Shown: in pieces, positions 41,443 to 51,930 of the stretch
How positions within the stretch are numbered: position 1 is the stretch's first letter
Layout of the letters: each line of letters opens with the position of its first letter
From: Gemmatimonadota bacterium
Lineage (GTDB): Bacteria; Gemmatimonadota; Gemmatimonadetes; Gemmatimonadales; GWC2-71-9
NCBI GenBank assembly: GCA_003221005.1
Contig: QHTZ01000081.1
Location: 32,001-96,000 of the forward strand
DNA: 64,000 nucleotides
Direction: 5' to 3'
Program-made: the position numbers and the translations under genes
Notes under the pieces: generated by a model
What the model saw: only the letters and a program-made list of their open reading frames with translations
Told to the model about the DNA's origin: nothing
Database searches by the model: none

Positions 41443-42389
41443 ACCTGCGCGCGACGCTCGCGCTGCTGGGCGCGCTGGCGCTCGCCCTCTTCGTGGTAGG
41501 CGAAGCGCGCCGCCACGCCGCCGCAACGCCCGCGCGGCGGCGCTTCTTCCGGCACCGGCCCGCCGCGTGGGGCCTCTTCGTGCTCAGCTTCTTCGTCACC
41601 CTGGCCATCGCCGCGCCCTGGGTCGCGCCGTACGGCCCGTCGGTCACGCTCGAGATCGTGACGCTCAAGAACCAGCCCCCCTCGCTGCTCCATCCCCTCG
41701 GCACCGACCTCTATAGCCGCGACGTGTGGAGCCGTCTGGTGTACGGCTCGCGCGTGTCGCTCTCGATCGGTGCCCTCGCGATGCTGGTCGCCGTCACCGT
41801 CGGCGCGGTCGTCGGCGCAGTGGCGGGGTACGTGCGCCGCTGGGTGGACACGGCGCTGATGCGTCTCGTGGACGTAGGACTCGCCGTCCCCCGCATCTTT
41901 CTCATGCTCATGGCGATCGCCCTGTGGCAGCGCCTACCGCTCGCGCTGTTCGTGCTCTTGATCGGGCTCACCGGCTGGTTCGGGACGAGCCGCCTGGTGC
42001 GCGCCGAAGTCCTCACGCTGCGCGAGCGCGACTTCGTGGCCGCCGCCCGCGGGCTGGGCGCCGGACCCGCCCGCATCATCCTGCGCCACGTGCTGCCCAA
42101 CGTCGCCGCCCCGATCATCGTCTCCGCGGCGCTCGGCATCGGCAACGTGATGCTGCTCGAGGCCGGGTTGTCGTTCCTCGGCATCGGCGTGCCGCCGCCC
42201 TTGCCCTCCTGGGGCAACATGATCGCCGACGGCGCCGCGCAGCTCGCGACCGCGCCGTGGACCACGCTCTTCCCCGGCCTCGCCATCGCGCTGGTCGTGA
42301 TGGCGCTCAACGCCGTGGGCGACGCGCTGCGTGACGCCCTCGACCCGCGGCGGGAAGCGGAGTGGGATACCGACGGGGCGACGCTGTGA
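41439..42389 (+). CDS. Peptide ABC transporter permease (OppC/DppC)
   Basis: HPLGTD..SRD, RHVLPN, EAGLSFLG, PSWG. Confidence 0.93.
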   Translation: MNLRATLALLGALALALFVVGEARRHAAATPARRRFFRHRPAAWGLFVLSFFVTLAIAAPWVAPYGPSVTLEIVTLKNQPPSLLHPLGTDLYSRDVWSRLVYGSRVSLSIGALAMLVAVTVGAVVGAVAGYVRRWVDTALMRLVDVGLAVPRIFLMLMAIALWQRLPLALFVLLIGLTGWFGTSRLVRAEVLTLRERDFVAAARGLGAGPARIILRHVLPNVAAPIIVSAALGIGNVMLLEAGLSFLGIGVPPPLPSWGNMIADGAAQLATAPWTTLFPGLAIALVVMALNAVGDALRDALDPRREAEWDTDGATL

Positions 42390-43408
42390 CGGAGCTGCTG
42401 CTGCGGGTGCGCGACCTCCGGACCTACTTCGTCACCGAGCAGGGGCGCGGGACGGCGCGCGCCGTGGACGGGGTGTCGTTCGATCTGCATGCGGGCGAGA
42501 CGCTGGGCATCGTGGGGGAGTCGGGGTGCGGCAAGACGGTCACGTCGCTGTCCCTGCTCCGCCTCATCCCCGAGCCGCCGGGTCACATCCTGCCCGGGAG
42601 CTTCATCGAGCTCGAGGGCCGCAACCTGCTCACGCTCGCGCCCAAGGCGCTGCGCGCGATCCGCGGCAACGAGATGGCGATGATCTTCCAGGAGCCGATG
42701 ACATCGCTCAACCCGGTGTTCACGGTCGGCGACCAGATTGCCGAGGCGGCGATTGTGCACCAGGGACTGTCGCGCCGCGCGGCGCGCGCCCGCGCGATTG
42801 AGATGCTCAAGCTCGTCGGCCTCCCCGACCCCGAGACCCGCGTGGACCACTACCCGCACCAGCTCTCAGGCGGGATGCGCCAGCGGGTGATGATCGCCAT
42901 GGCCCTCGTGTGCGGGCCCAAGGTGCTCATCGCGGACGAGCCCACGACGGCGCTCGACGTGACGATCCAGGCGCAGATCCTCGAGCTCCTGAACCGGCTC
43001 CAGGACGAGCTCGGCATGGCAGTCATCCTCATCACGCACGACCTGGGGATCGTGGCGGGGACGGTGGACCGGGTGCTCGTGATGTACGCGGGTCAGGTGG
43101 TGGAATCGGCGCCGACTCCGGAGCTGTTCGCGCGGCCGCTGCATCCCTACACCGAGGGGCTGCTCGCCTCGGTGCCGCGGCTCGACACCCCGCACCCGCG
43201 ACGGCGACTGCACAGCATCCCCGGTCAGGTCCCCGCGGCGACGGCGTGGCCTGCGGGGTGCCGGTTCCATCCGCGCTGTCCCTACGCGTGGGACCGCTGC
43301 ACCGTGGAGGAGCCGCCGCTGCTGGACGCGGGCAAAGGGGAGCCCGCGAGCCACGTAGTGCGCTGCTGGCTGCTCGCCGAGCCCGCGCGCAGGACGCGCC
43401 AGCCGTGA
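42386..43408 (+). CDS. Peptide ABC transporter ATPase (OppD/DppD)
   Basis: [32 protein letters not shown]. Confidence 0.95.
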   Translation: MTELLLRVRDLRTYFVTEQGRGTARAVDGVSFDLHAGETLGIVGESGCGKTVTSLSLLRLIPEPPGHILPGSFIELEGRNLLTLAPKALRAIRGNEMAMIFQEPMTSLNPVFTVGDQIAEAAIVHQGLSRRAARARAIEMLKLVGLPDPETRVDHYPHQLSGGMRQRVMIAMALVCGPKVLIADEPTTALDVTIQAQILELLNRLQDELGMAVILITHDLGIVAGTVDRVLVMYAGQVVESAPTPELFARPLHPYTEGLLASVPRLDTPHPRRRLHSIPGQVPAATAWPAGCRFHPRCPYAWDRCTVEEPPLLDAGKGEPASHVVRCWLLAEPARRTRQP

Positions 43409-44403
43409 TAGCGCTCGCTCCGCTCGTCTCGGTCCAAGATCTCGTTAAGCACTTCCCCGCGGGCCGCGCATTGTGGGGGCTGGGCCGGCCGCGCCCCGCG
43501 GTGCGGGCCGTGAGCCACGTTTCGTTCGACATCGCGCCCGGGCAGACGCTCGGCCTCGTGGGTGAATCGGGGTGCGGCAAGACCACGCTCGGCCGTACGA
43601 TCCTGCGGCTGATCGAGCCCGACGCCGGCCGGGTTATCGTGGACGGCGCGGACGTGTTCGCGCTCAAGCCGCCCGAGCTGCGCGCGTTGCGCCGGCGCAT
43701 GCAGGTCGTGTTCCAGGATCCCTATGGCTCGCTCAACCCGCGCATGAGCGTGCGCCAGACGCTCGCCGAGCCGCTCGTGATCCACCGGTTGGCGAACGGG
43801 ACCGAGCGCGAGCAGCGCATCTTCGCGCTGCTTGACGAGGTCGGGCTCGACCGGCGGCTCGCGGGGAGCTATCCGCACGAGCTCTCCGGCGGGCAGCGCC
43901 AGCGGGTCGGCATCGCGCGCGCGCTGTCGGTGGAGCCCAAGTTCCTCGTGCTCGACGAGGCCGTGAGCGCGCTCGACGTGTCGGTCCAGGCGCAGGTGTT
44001 GAACCTGCTCGCGGACCTGCAGCAACGGCGCCGGCTCACCTATCTCTTCATCGCCCACGACCTCGCCGTGGTGCGCCAGATCGCCGACCACGTCACCGTG
44101 ATGTACCTCGGGAAGATCGTCGAGCTCGCGCCCGCGGCCGAGCTGTACCGCGGCCCGCGCCATCCCTACACGACTTCCCTCCTGTCAGCCGTGCCCGTCC
44201 CCGACCCGAATGCCCAGCGCCAGCGCCTCGTGCTCGCGGGCGACGTGCCGTCGCCCGCGCATCCGCCGAGCGGGTGCGCGTTCCATCCCCGCTGCCCGCA
44301 TCCCAAGAAGAACGAGCGGTGCCGCACCGAGGAGCCGGCGTTGCGCGAGATCGCCCCCGGGCAGCTCGCGGCCTGCCACTTCGCCGAGGAGCCGATGCAA
44401 TGA
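43405..44403 (+). CDS. Peptide ABC transporter ATPase (OppF/DppF)
   Basis: [24 protein letters not shown]. Confidence 0.95.
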   Translation: MIALAPLVSVQDLVKHFPAGRALWGLGRPRPAVRAVSHVSFDIAPGQTLGLVGESGCGKTTLGRTILRLIEPDAGRVIVDGADVFALKPPELRALRRRMQVVFQDPYGSLNPRMSVRQTLAEPLVIHRLANGTEREQRIFALLDEVGLDRRLAGSYPHELSGGQRQRVGIARALSVEPKFLVLDEAVSALDVSVQAQVLNLLADLQQRRRLTYLFIAHDLAVVRQIADHVTVMYLGKIVELAPAAELYRGPRHPYTTSLLSAVPVPDPNAQRQRLVLAGDVPSPAHPPSGCAFHPRCPHPKKNERCRTEEPALREIAPGQLAACHFAEEPMQ

Positions 44404-44495
44404 ACAGGCTCAGTGCCCTGCTCCGCGATCTCCAGTTCTGGGTCCCCGTCGCCGTGCTCGTGGGCGGCCTCTTGGTGCTGCGATGGATCCGGTAG
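44400..44495 (+). CDS. 31-aa single-pass membrane peptide
   Basis: ATGA overlap with oppF stop; [31 protein letters not shown]. Confidence 0.6.
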   Translation: MNRLSALLRDLQFWVPVAVLVGGLLVLRWIR

Positions 44496-45754
44496 ACCAA
44501 TCCCGGCTGCGCCGGCTGCAGCTAGTGGGCGTGGCGAGCGGCTTCACAGCGGGCGCCTGGCTCGGCGCGGCCGAGGCGCCGACCAAGATGGTCACGCTCG
44601 GCATTCCCCCGGTCGTCATCTCGCTCGCGATGGTGCTGGGCGTGTTTCTGGCGCGGTGGAGCTTGCCGGCGCTGCTCCGCGGGTCGGCGGCGATCGGGGC
44701 GGATGTGCGCCAGGCGCCGCACCTCGTGGTGTGGGCGGTGCTCGCGGGGTGTCTCTGGGCAGTCGCCAACACGCTCACGATCTTCGCGATCCGGGACATC
44801 GGACTCTCGATCGCGTTTCCCCTGTGGAACTCGAACAGCCTGCTCGGCATCGTGTGGGGGTTCGTGTTTTTCAACGAGCTGCGGCAGGCGGGATGGGCGC
44901 GGTGGGCGGGGGTGCTGGGCGGCGCGGTGCTGATGTTCGGCGGTGCGATGCTCCTCGCGGTGGCGTCGTCCGGCACGCCGGGGACGAGTGGTCACGCGGC
45001 GCGTGGGGTCGCCGCAGCGCTCGCGGCGGGGGTGCTGTGGGGGACGATGTACATCCCCTATCGCAAGGCGTATCTGACGGGGATGAATCCGCTGTCGTTC
45101 ATCACGTTTTTCACGATCGGCGAGCTCGTAATGATGACGGCGCTCGCGGTGAGCGACCGGGGCGGGGTCGCCGCGCTCATGGCGGAGCTGTCGCGCGCCC
45201 GCGATGTGCTGTTCTGGCTGTTATGCGGCGGGTTCGTGTGGGTGGTGGGCGATCTGTTCCAGCAGTATGCCGCGAAGTACGTGGGGATCAGCCGCGGGAT
45301 CCCGCTCTCGAACACGAACCAGCTGTGGGGACTCGCCTGGGGGATTCTGGTGTTTGGCGAGCTCAAGGGCGCGGCGGGGGCAAGCTATGCCCAGGTGATC
45401 GGCGGCTCGCTATTGATGGCGGCCGGTGCGGCCGCGATCGCGCTAGCTACGGCTAGGCCCGAGGAGCATTTGCGCTGGCAGGAAGCGGCGGGCCGAGAGG
45501 GCGCGCGGTACGGCGTGGATCCGGCGTATGTGCGCTCGGGGCTCGCGGGGGAGGGGACGACGGTGAGAACCCGCACGTGGCTCGACTGGGGCATCGTGAT
45601 CGCGGCTACTGCAGTGTTCGTGGGATTTGGGCTGGTGGCTCGCGTCCCGGAGCTGGCGGTGGGCGGGGGTGCGATGGTGGCGCTGGTGGTCGCGTCGCTC
45701 GGCCTGCTCGGGGGGACCGGGTGGTTGTTGTGGCGGACGACGGGGTTTAATTGA
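44483..45754 (+). CDS. GRP/DMT-superfamily sugar transporter
   Basis: Duplicated IGLSIAFPLWNSN / VGISRGIPLSNTN...FGEL halves. Confidence 0.8.
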   Translation: MDPVDQSRLRRLQLVGVASGFTAGAWLGAAEAPTKMVTLGIPPVVISLAMVLGVFLARWSLPALLRGSAAIGADVRQAPHLVVWAVLAGCLWAVANTLTIFAIRDIGLSIAFPLWNSNSLLGIVWGFVFFNELRQAGWARWAGVLGGAVLMFGGAMLLAVASSGTPGTSGHAARGVAAALAAGVLWGTMYIPYRKAYLTGMNPLSFITFFTIGELVMMTALAVSDRGGVAALMAELSRARDVLFWLLCGGFVWVVGDLFQQYAAKYVGISRGIPLSNTNQLWGLAWGILVFGELKGAAGASYAQVIGGSLLMAAGAAAIALATARPEEHLRWQEAAGREGARYGVDPAYVRSGLAGEGTTVRTRTWLDWGIVIAATAVFVGFGLVARVPELAVGGGAMVALVVASLGLLGGTGWLLWRTTGFN

Positions 45755-45765
45755 GGGGAGGATCC

Positions 45766-46161
45766 ATGTTCTCCCGCCTCGGCTCCATCGCGATTGTCGC
45801 CCTAGCATGCAGCACATCTCCCGGCGTTCAACCGCCTCTGAATCAGCCCTTCTCACTGCGCATCGGCGAAAGCGCTCGATTCCCCGATGCCAATCTCACC
45901 GTCACCTTCCGCGCCGTTTCCGAGGACTCCCGGTGCCCCCGAGATGTAGTCTGCGTCTGGGCAGGGAACGGCCAAGTTGTGCTCGAGGTGCGGCTCAGCA
46001 CTTCTGTCCGCACCGTCGTGCTCAATACCACTACCCAGCCGCATGAGGTCTCTGTCGGCTCCTACCGACTCGCGCTCGAAGAGCTAACGCCCGTCCCGGA
46101 GTCTCAGAGCCGCATCCCACCGAGCGAGTACACGGCCACGCTCAAGCTACAGGCTGGCTAG
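45766..46161 (+). CDS. Hypothetical lipoprotein
   Basis: ALAC lipobox; EDSRCP..VVCVWAG. Confidence 0.75.
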   Translation: MFSRLGSIAIVALACSTSPGVQPPLNQPFSLRIGESARFPDANLTVTFRAVSEDSRCPRDVVCVWAGNGQVVLEVRLSTSVRTVVLNTTTQPHEVSVGSYRLALEELTPVPESQSRIPPSEYTATLKLQAG

Positions 46162-46279
46162 CGTCGTCTGGCTAGCCGCTCTCGGAGCACCGTGACCTCC
46201 TGATCGTTGTCGAGGGCACGGTTGCGCCGGGCTGCCACCGGTAGCAGCTTGACGGGAAACGTGCCGCAGGAGCAGGAGA

Positions 46280-48187
46280 ATGACGGCGGTGCAGAGCACC
46301 CAGGACCCGGTATACGCACGCTGGCGCAACGCGCCGGAGCGGTTCTGGGAGGACGCCGCCGAAGCGGTCCACTGGTACCGGCGCTGGGACCGTGTGCTCG
46401 ACGCGTCCCGGCCGCCCTTTTACCGGTGGTTCGCGGGCGGCGTGGTCAATACGTGCTACAACGCCCTCGACCGGCACGTGTCGGCCGGGCACGCCGACCA
46501 GCCGGCGCTCATCTACGACAGCCCGGTCACCCAGACGATCAGCTCTTTCACCTATCGCGAGCTGCTGGATCAGGTGTCCCGTTTCGCCGGCGTCTTGATC
46601 GGGCAAGGCGTCGGCCGGGGCGACCGGGTCATCATCTATATGCCGATGGTCCCCGAGGCCGCCGTCGCGATGCTGGCGTGCGCGCGGATCGGGGCCATCC
46701 ACTCGGTGGTCTTCGGAGGCTTCGCGTCACACGAGCTGGCAGCCCGCATCAGCCACGCGGGGCCGAAGCTGATCGTCTCCGCCTCGTGCGGCATTGAGGC
46801 GAATCGTGTCGTACCCTACAAGCCGCTCCTCGACAAGGCCATCGAGCTCGCCACGGCCAAGCCGAGCCGCTGCGTCGTGCTCCAGCGACGGCAGGAGCGG
46901 GCGCCGATGATCTCAGGCCGCGACCTCGACTGGTCGGAGCTCATGGCGGGAGCGCGGCCGGCGGAGTGCGTGCCGGTGGAGGCGACCGATCCCCTGTACA
47001 TCCTCTACACGTCGGGGACGACGGGCACGCCGAAGGGTGTGGTGCGCGACAACGGCGGGCATCTGGTCGCGCTCACGTGGAGCATGAAGCACATCTACGG
47101 GGTGGAGCCTGGCGAGGTCTACTGGGCCGCGTCCGACCTCGGTTGGGTGGTGGGCCACTCCTATATCCTCTACGGCCCCTTGTTCAACGGGAACACGACG
47201 ATCCTGTACGAAGGGAAACCCGTCGGCACGCCCGATCCCGGCGCCTTCTGGCGCGTGATCTCGCAGCACGGGGTACGCGTCCAGTTCACTGCTCCCACGG
47301 CGATCCGCGCGATCAAGCGCGACGACCCCGGCGGCGAGTGCGTCCGGCGCTACGACCTCAGCCGCTTTCGGACGCTGTTCCTGGCGGGCGAGCGCTGCGA
47401 TCCCGATACCCTGCACTGGGCGGAGCAGCGGCTCGGCGTCCCCGTGGTCGACCACTGGTGGCAGACCGAGACCGGGTGGCCGATCGGCGCGAACTGCGTC
47501 GGCCTGGGGATGATTCCGGTGAAGCCGGGCTCGTGTGCCCGCGCGGTCCCGGGGTACGACGTGCGCGTGCTGGGAGGGGACGGTCGCGAAGTCCCCGACG
47601 GCCGAACGGGGAGTCTCGTCATCAAGCTGCCCCTGCCGCCCGGTTGCCTGCCCACCCTGTGGAACAACGATTCCGGCTTCGTCCAGTCGTATCTGAGCAC
47701 GTATCCCGGCTACTACCTCACCGCCGACGCTGGCTACAAGGATGCCGACGGCTATCTGTGGGTCATGAGCCGCACCGACGACATCATCAACGTGGCCGGC
47801 CACCGGCTCTCCACAGGTGCGATGGAGGAGGTGCTAGCGTCCCACCCCGACGTGGCCGAGTGCGCCGTGGTGGGGGTGGCGGATGAGCTCAAGGGTGAGG
47901 TCCCGCTGGGATTCATCGTGCTGAAGGCGGGGGTGCGGCGCGCTCCAGAGACCGTCGTCCAAGAGTTGGTCGAGATGGTCCGCGAGCGGATCGGGCCGGT
48001 CGCCTGCTTCAAGACGGCCACCGTCGTTCAGCGGCTGCCCAAGACGCGTTCCGGCAAGATCCTGCGCGGCACTGTGAAGAAGATCGCGGACGGGATCGAG
48101 TATCGCGTGCCACCCACGATCGACGACCCGGCGATTCTCGACGAGATCACGTCGGCGCTGGCGGCCCTCGGCTATCCCCACCGTTGA
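46280..48187 (+). CDS. prpE: Propionyl-/acetyl-CoA synthetase
   Basis: YTSGTTGTPKG, DHWWQTETG, VAGHRLST, PKTRSGKILR. Confidence 0.9.
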   Translation: MTAVQSTQDPVYARWRNAPERFWEDAAEAVHWYRRWDRVLDASRPPFYRWFAGGVVNTCYNALDRHVSAGHADQPALIYDSPVTQTISSFTYRELLDQVSRFAGVLIGQGVGRGDRVIIYMPMVPEAAVAMLACARIGAIHSVVFGGFASHELAARISHAGPKLIVSASCGIEANRVVPYKPLLDKAIELATAKPSRCVVLQRRQERAPMISGRDLDWSELMAGARPAECVPVEATDPLYILYTSGTTGTPKGVVRDNGGHLVALTWSMKHIYGVEPGEVYWAASDLGWVVGHSYILYGPLFNGNTTILYEGKPVGTPDPGAFWRVISQHGVRVQFTAPTAIRAIKRDDPGGECVRRYDLSRFRTLFLAGERCDPDTLHWAEQRLGVPVVDHWWQTETGWPIGANCVGLGMIPVKPGSCARAVPGYDVRVLGGDGREVPDGRTGSLVIKLPLPPGCLPTLWNNDSGFVQSYLSTYPGYYLTADAGYKDADGYLWVMSRTDDIINVAGHRLSTGAMEEVLASHPDVAECAVVGVADELKGEVPLGFIVLKAGVRRAPETVVQELVEMVRERIGPVACFKTATVVQRLPKTRSGKILRGTVKKIADGIEYRVPPTIDDPAILDEITSALAALGYPHR

Positions 48188-48340
48188 TTGCGCCCTGGCG
48201 CGCCCCTCTCCGTGGACGGAACGGCATTCATTTGCACCTACGAATGCACCTTCTGCGACAAGTGCAGTACCACGATGGCTCATAAGTGTCCGAACTGCGG
48301 TGGCGAGCTAGTCCGGCGCCCGCGGCGGCGCGACTTATGA
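48188..48340 (+). pseudogene. DUF1272-like Zn-binding protein lacking its N-terminus
   Basis: AFICTYECTFCDKC...CPNCGGELVRRPRR; first CxxC absent. Confidence 0.7.
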
Positions 48341-48422
48341 CGTTGGGGATGGCGGTGCTCCTGGCAATTGGTGAGATCGTGGTGCAGGTGCGACGTCGGG
48401 CAACGTCCGCCTAGCCAGGCTC

Positions 48423-48908
48423 ATGTCCACCACACGTCTCGTTCTGCTCCTCGCGGTAGGTCTTGCAGTCGGCTTTCTCGTCCTACTACTGCTAACGCCC
48501 GGGCCCAGCCCTGAACCGGCCCCGCCACCACCGGCCGCGGAGCCGCCCAAACCGCCGCTTCAGGCAGACGCCGAAGGGCACTACGTCCCAGGCTACAGCT
48601 TCTCGGTAGGTCGTTTCCGATTCACCGGTTTCAGCCTGCGTCCGGAGGCCTTTGTCACATTCGCCACCTCTTCTGGTACGGAGCAGGGGGTGTCCTGCCT
48701 CGAGGCTACAATCACTGCTGCTAGTTTCCACCTTCGCTGTGAGGACCGTCAGGTGGGCAGCGTCACGATCGACGGCAAGTTTCTCACGCGAGTGGCGACG
48801 AACAGACTCGATACTCCGGTCGTTGCAGCAGTCGTGACGATTCGCTCTGGGAGCGGAGACATCCTGTATAGCGCGCGCGACTCGTTCGCCTGGGACTCGG
48901 CCCGTTAG
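48423..48908 (+). CDS. Hypothetical membrane-anchored protein
   Basis: N-terminal TM plus Pro-rich linker. Confidence 0.7.
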   Translation: MSTTRLVLLLAVGLAVGFLVLLLLTPGPSPEPAPPPPAAEPPKPPLQADAEGHYVPGYSFSVGRFRFTGFSLRPEAFVTFATSSGTEQGVSCLEATITAASFHLRCEDRQVGSVTIDGKFLTRVATNRLDTPVVAAVVTIRSGSGDILYSARDSFAWDSAR

Positions 48909-48921
48909 GGCCGGATACAAA

Positions 48922-49854
48922 ATGCACACGTCGAAGCAGGTTCTTGATGCCATTGGCAATACGCCCCTGGTCGAGCTCCGCCGCCTGGTGCCGTCGGGCT
49001 CCGCCCGCGTCGTCGCGAAGCTCGAGTCTGCCAACCCCACCGGGAGTATGAAGGATCGCGTGGCCCAGGCCATGGTCGAGCGTGCCGCGGCGGACGGGAG
49101 ACTGCGACCGGGCGGGACGGTGGTCGAGTACACCGCGGGAACCACCGGGGTCTCCCTCGCCCTGATCTGCGCCGCGCAGGGCTACAAAGCACACTTCGTG
49201 TTCTCGGATGCTTTCAGCGACGAGAAGCGGCACACGATGCGCGCTTACGGCGCCCAACTCACGGACGTCGCGAGCGACCACAAGCGAATCACCGAGCAGC
49301 TCATCAAACAGATGATCGCGACCGCCGCGGAGATCAGTCGCCGGCCGGCCCACTGGTACTGCGATCAACTGAACAATCGAGACGGGGAGGCGGGCTATCA
49401 TCCCCTGGGCGACGAGCTGTGGGAGCAGGCTGAGGGGCGCGTCGACGCCTTTGTCCAAGCCGTCGGCACCGCGCATTCCATCCACGGCACGGCGCACACG
49501 CTGCAGCGTCACAACCCTCAGGTGCAAATCGTAGCAGTGGAGCCTGCGGAGTCCGCCGTGCTCTCCGGGAAGCCTTCGGGCTCGCACCAGATCGAGGGGA
49601 TCGGCATCGGCTTTATCCCACCGCTGTGGCGGCGCAGTGAGGTGAACGAGATCATCCCGGTGGCGACCGCCGACGCCAAGGCGATGGCTCGGCGGCTCGC
49701 GCGCGAAGAAGCTATCTTCGCCGGGACTTCGACCGGGGCCAACATCGTCGCGGCGCTGCAGGTGGCCAAGCGGCTGGGTGGGGGCGCCACCGTGGCCACG
49801 ATCATCGTCGATTCGGGGCTGCGCTATGTCAGCACCGATGTGTACCGAACCTAG
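48922..49854 (+). CDS. cysK: Cysteine synthase family PLP enzyme
   Basis: IGNTPL, KLESANPTGSMKDR, HQIEGIG. Confidence 0.85.
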   Translation: MHTSKQVLDAIGNTPLVELRRLVPSGSARVVAKLESANPTGSMKDRVAQAMVERAAADGRLRPGGTVVEYTAGTTGVSLALICAAQGYKAHFVFSDAFSDEKRHTMRAYGAQLTDVASDHKRITEQLIKQMIATAAEISRRPAHWYCDQLNNRDGEAGYHPLGDELWEQAEGRVDAFVQAVGTAHSIHGTAHTLQRHNPQVQIVAVEPAESAVLSGKPSGSHQIEGIGIGFIPPLWRRSEVNEIIPVATADAKAMARRLAREEAIFAGTSTGANIVAALQVAKRLGGGATVATIIVDSGLRYVSTDVYRT

Positions 49855-49887
49855 GCGCGGTCCATTGACCGCAATGAATGAGGACCC

Positions 49888-49989
49888 ATGAGCTCGCAAC
49901 TTGGAATCATCGTCGCGCTCGTCGTCGTCCTGGTGGTGCTGCTTCTCTTCCGCGGCAGATCCAAACCCGGCACGGGGGGCGGCACCTGA
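49888..49989 (+). CDS. 33-aa single-pass membrane peptide
   Basis: GAGGA RBS; MSSQLGIIVALVVVLVVLLLFRGRSKPGTGGGT. Confidence 0.55.
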   Translation: MSSQLGIIVALVVVLVVLLLFRGRSKPGTGGGT

Positions 49990-50031
49990 CGCTTCGTCCC
50001 AGGCAGAGCCTCTGACCAGGGTGGGGTTGCC

Positions 50032-50093
50032 GCATAATTAGCGCTTGAAGCTGGCGCGCGAAGCGTCCGCAGCTTATGCGCTATTCGCTAGGC
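50032..50093 (+). mobile_element. Degenerate attC-like integron recombination site
   Basis: GCATAAT...AGCGCTTGAAGCTG...CAGCTTATGCGCT...GCTAGGC imperfect inverted repeat. Confidence 0.55.
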
Positions 50094-50157
50094 TACCCCG
50101 ACGGTGCTCCCCATGACCGCTTGGCCCAAGCCAGATCACCACACGCGGAGATCTCCC

Positions 50158-51519
50158 ATGCCGCTCACCCGCCGACAAATGCTGCTCTCCCTGGCCGCCG
50201 GCGCGGCCGCGGGACCGGTACGCTCCCTCTATCGCGAAGCTGTCGCGGCCGAACCGAGACGCTGGCAAGATCGGCCCCTCCGCGGCCCCGGCGGCCACGT
50301 GGATTGGGCAGCCGTACGCGCGCTGTTTCCGCTGGCGCCCGACTGGGTCCACCTGGCGAGCTTCCTGTTCGTGTCCCATCCGAAGCCCGTGGCGCAGGCG
50401 ATCGAGCGGTTCCGGCGGAAGCTCGACGCCGACCCCGTCTGGATCGAGCTCGCGCTGCTGACCGACTCCGAGGGCCGGCCGTTCGTCGCGGTCAAGCGCG
50501 CGCTCGCCGAGTACATCGGGGGGCAGCCGCTCGAGATCTGCCTGTCGTCCAATACGACCGGCGCGCTGGCGCTCGCGTACCAGGGGCTCCGCATCCGCGG
50601 CGATCAGGAGATCCTCACCACCGAGCACGATCACTATTCGCACCACGAATCGATCCGCTACGCCGCCGCCCGGTCGGGGTGCGGGGTGCGATACGTGTCA
50701 CTGTACGACGCGCCAGCGGCCGCGAACGCGGATCAGATGGTCGAGCGCCTCGCTCGCGCCATCCGGCCGAGCACGCGAGCGGTGGGCGTCACCTGGGTGC
50801 ATTCCTCGACCGGCGTAAAGATCCCGATCGAGGGCATCGCGGCGGCGGTGGCGCGCGCCAACACAGGGCGCGCCGCGGCCGACCGGTGCCTGCTCATCGT
50901 CGACGGCGTGCACGGCTTCGCCAACCAGGACGTCGACGTGGCGCGACTCGGCTGCGACTTCTTCGCCGCGGGGACGCACAAATGGCTGTTCGCGCCGCGC
51001 GGCACGGGATTCCTGTGGGGGCGAAGCGATGCTTGGACCGAGCTGCGCCCCACGATCCCCACCTTCGACCCGGACGGCCTCGCGGCCTGGGGGGCCTGGA
51101 TGGATCGCGCAGAGCTGCCCCCCACCACGGCAGCGTTCGTCTCTCCCGGTGGGTTTATCGCCTACGAGCACCTGCTCGCGGTACCGGCGGCCGTAGAGCT
51201 GCATCGCACCATCGGGCGCGACCGCATCGCAGCCCGGATCGCCGAGCTGAACGCTGCGTTCCGAGAGGGCGCGGCGAAGCTCCGGGGTGTGACGGTTCAC
51301 ACGCCGCGCGATCCCAGCATCTCCGGCGGCATCACCTGCTTCGAGGTAGCTGGGCTCGCGGCCGAAGAGGTCACCCAGCGCCTGGCCACGCGGAAGATCC
51401 GTACGACCAACTCGCCCTACAAGACCTCCTATCCACGCGTGTCCGCGGGAATCATGAACTTTCCGGAAGAGATCGAGACGGTGCTGCGCGCTATCCGCAG
51501 CTTGAGCGCGGTGCGTTAG
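50158..51519 (+). CDS. Tat-exported class V aminotransferase-fold enzyme (PvdN/isopenicillin-N-epimerase-like)
   Basis: TRRQML signal; DGVHG, AGTHKWLFAPRGTG. Confidence 0.85.
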   Translation: MPLTRRQMLLSLAAGAAAGPVRSLYREAVAAEPRRWQDRPLRGPGGHVDWAAVRALFPLAPDWVHLASFLFVSHPKPVAQAIERFRRKLDADPVWIELALLTDSEGRPFVAVKRALAEYIGGQPLEICLSSNTTGALALAYQGLRIRGDQEILTTEHDHYSHHESIRYAAARSGCGVRYVSLYDAPAAANADQMVERLARAIRPSTRAVGVTWVHSSTGVKIPIEGIAAAVARANTGRAAADRCLLIVDGVHGFANQDVDVARLGCDFFAAGTHKWLFAPRGTGFLWGRSDAWTELRPTIPTFDPDGLAAWGAWMDRAELPPTTAAFVSPGGFIAYEHLLAVPAAVELHRTIGRDRIAARIAELNAAFREGAAKLRGVTVHTPRDPSISGGITCFEVAGLAAEEVTQRLATRKIRTTNSPYKTSYPRVSAGIMNFPEEIETVLRAIRSLSAVR

Positions 51520-51603
51520 GCGGCAACACGCGGTCCCCTCAACTCCTCTGCCTCCTTGCGCCGGTGGAGGTTGCGCCCGCAGCTTGAGCAAGATCCGTTA
51601 AGC
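51495..51603 (+). mobile_element. Two attC-like right arms
   Basis: CCGCAGCTTGAGC-N6-CGTTARGC at 51495-51521 and 51577-51603. Confidence 0.55.
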
Positions 51604-51648
51604 GGACGCCACCCTAGTTTCTTGCGTCCAGCAACAAGGAGAGGACAT

Positions 51649-51849
51649 ATGCGATCCTACCTCCGCGTCTCCGGTGCTCTCTTCGGCGTGATTGCGCTCT
51701 TGCACATTCTCAGGCTCCTGGGCCACTGGCCTGCCCAGATAGCTAATTGGACCGTACCGATCTCAGTTTCGTGGATCGCCATTCCCGCAGCCGCCGCGCT
51801 TTCCATCTGGGCCTTCCGGCTGCTCCGTCAGACGGCCGTGTCATCCTGA
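51649..51849 (+). CDS. Small two-TM membrane protein (cassette-like)
   Basis: Strong RBS; 66 aa hydrophobic. Confidence 0.7.
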   Translation: MRSYLRVSGALFGVIALLHILRLLGHWPAQIANWTVPISVSWIAIPAAAALSIWAFRLLRQTAVSS

Positions 51850-51930
51850 CGGAGTGTTCGGGCTGCTCAAGCTGACGGCGAGATCGCGGACGAATGCTGT
51901 TCCTCGCTCGCTTGGCATCCCACGTCGCTA

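Noticed and set aside
39825-42389. 854-aa ORF
   Set aside because: Only the part from 41439 is the permease; the rest overlaps other opp genes out of frame
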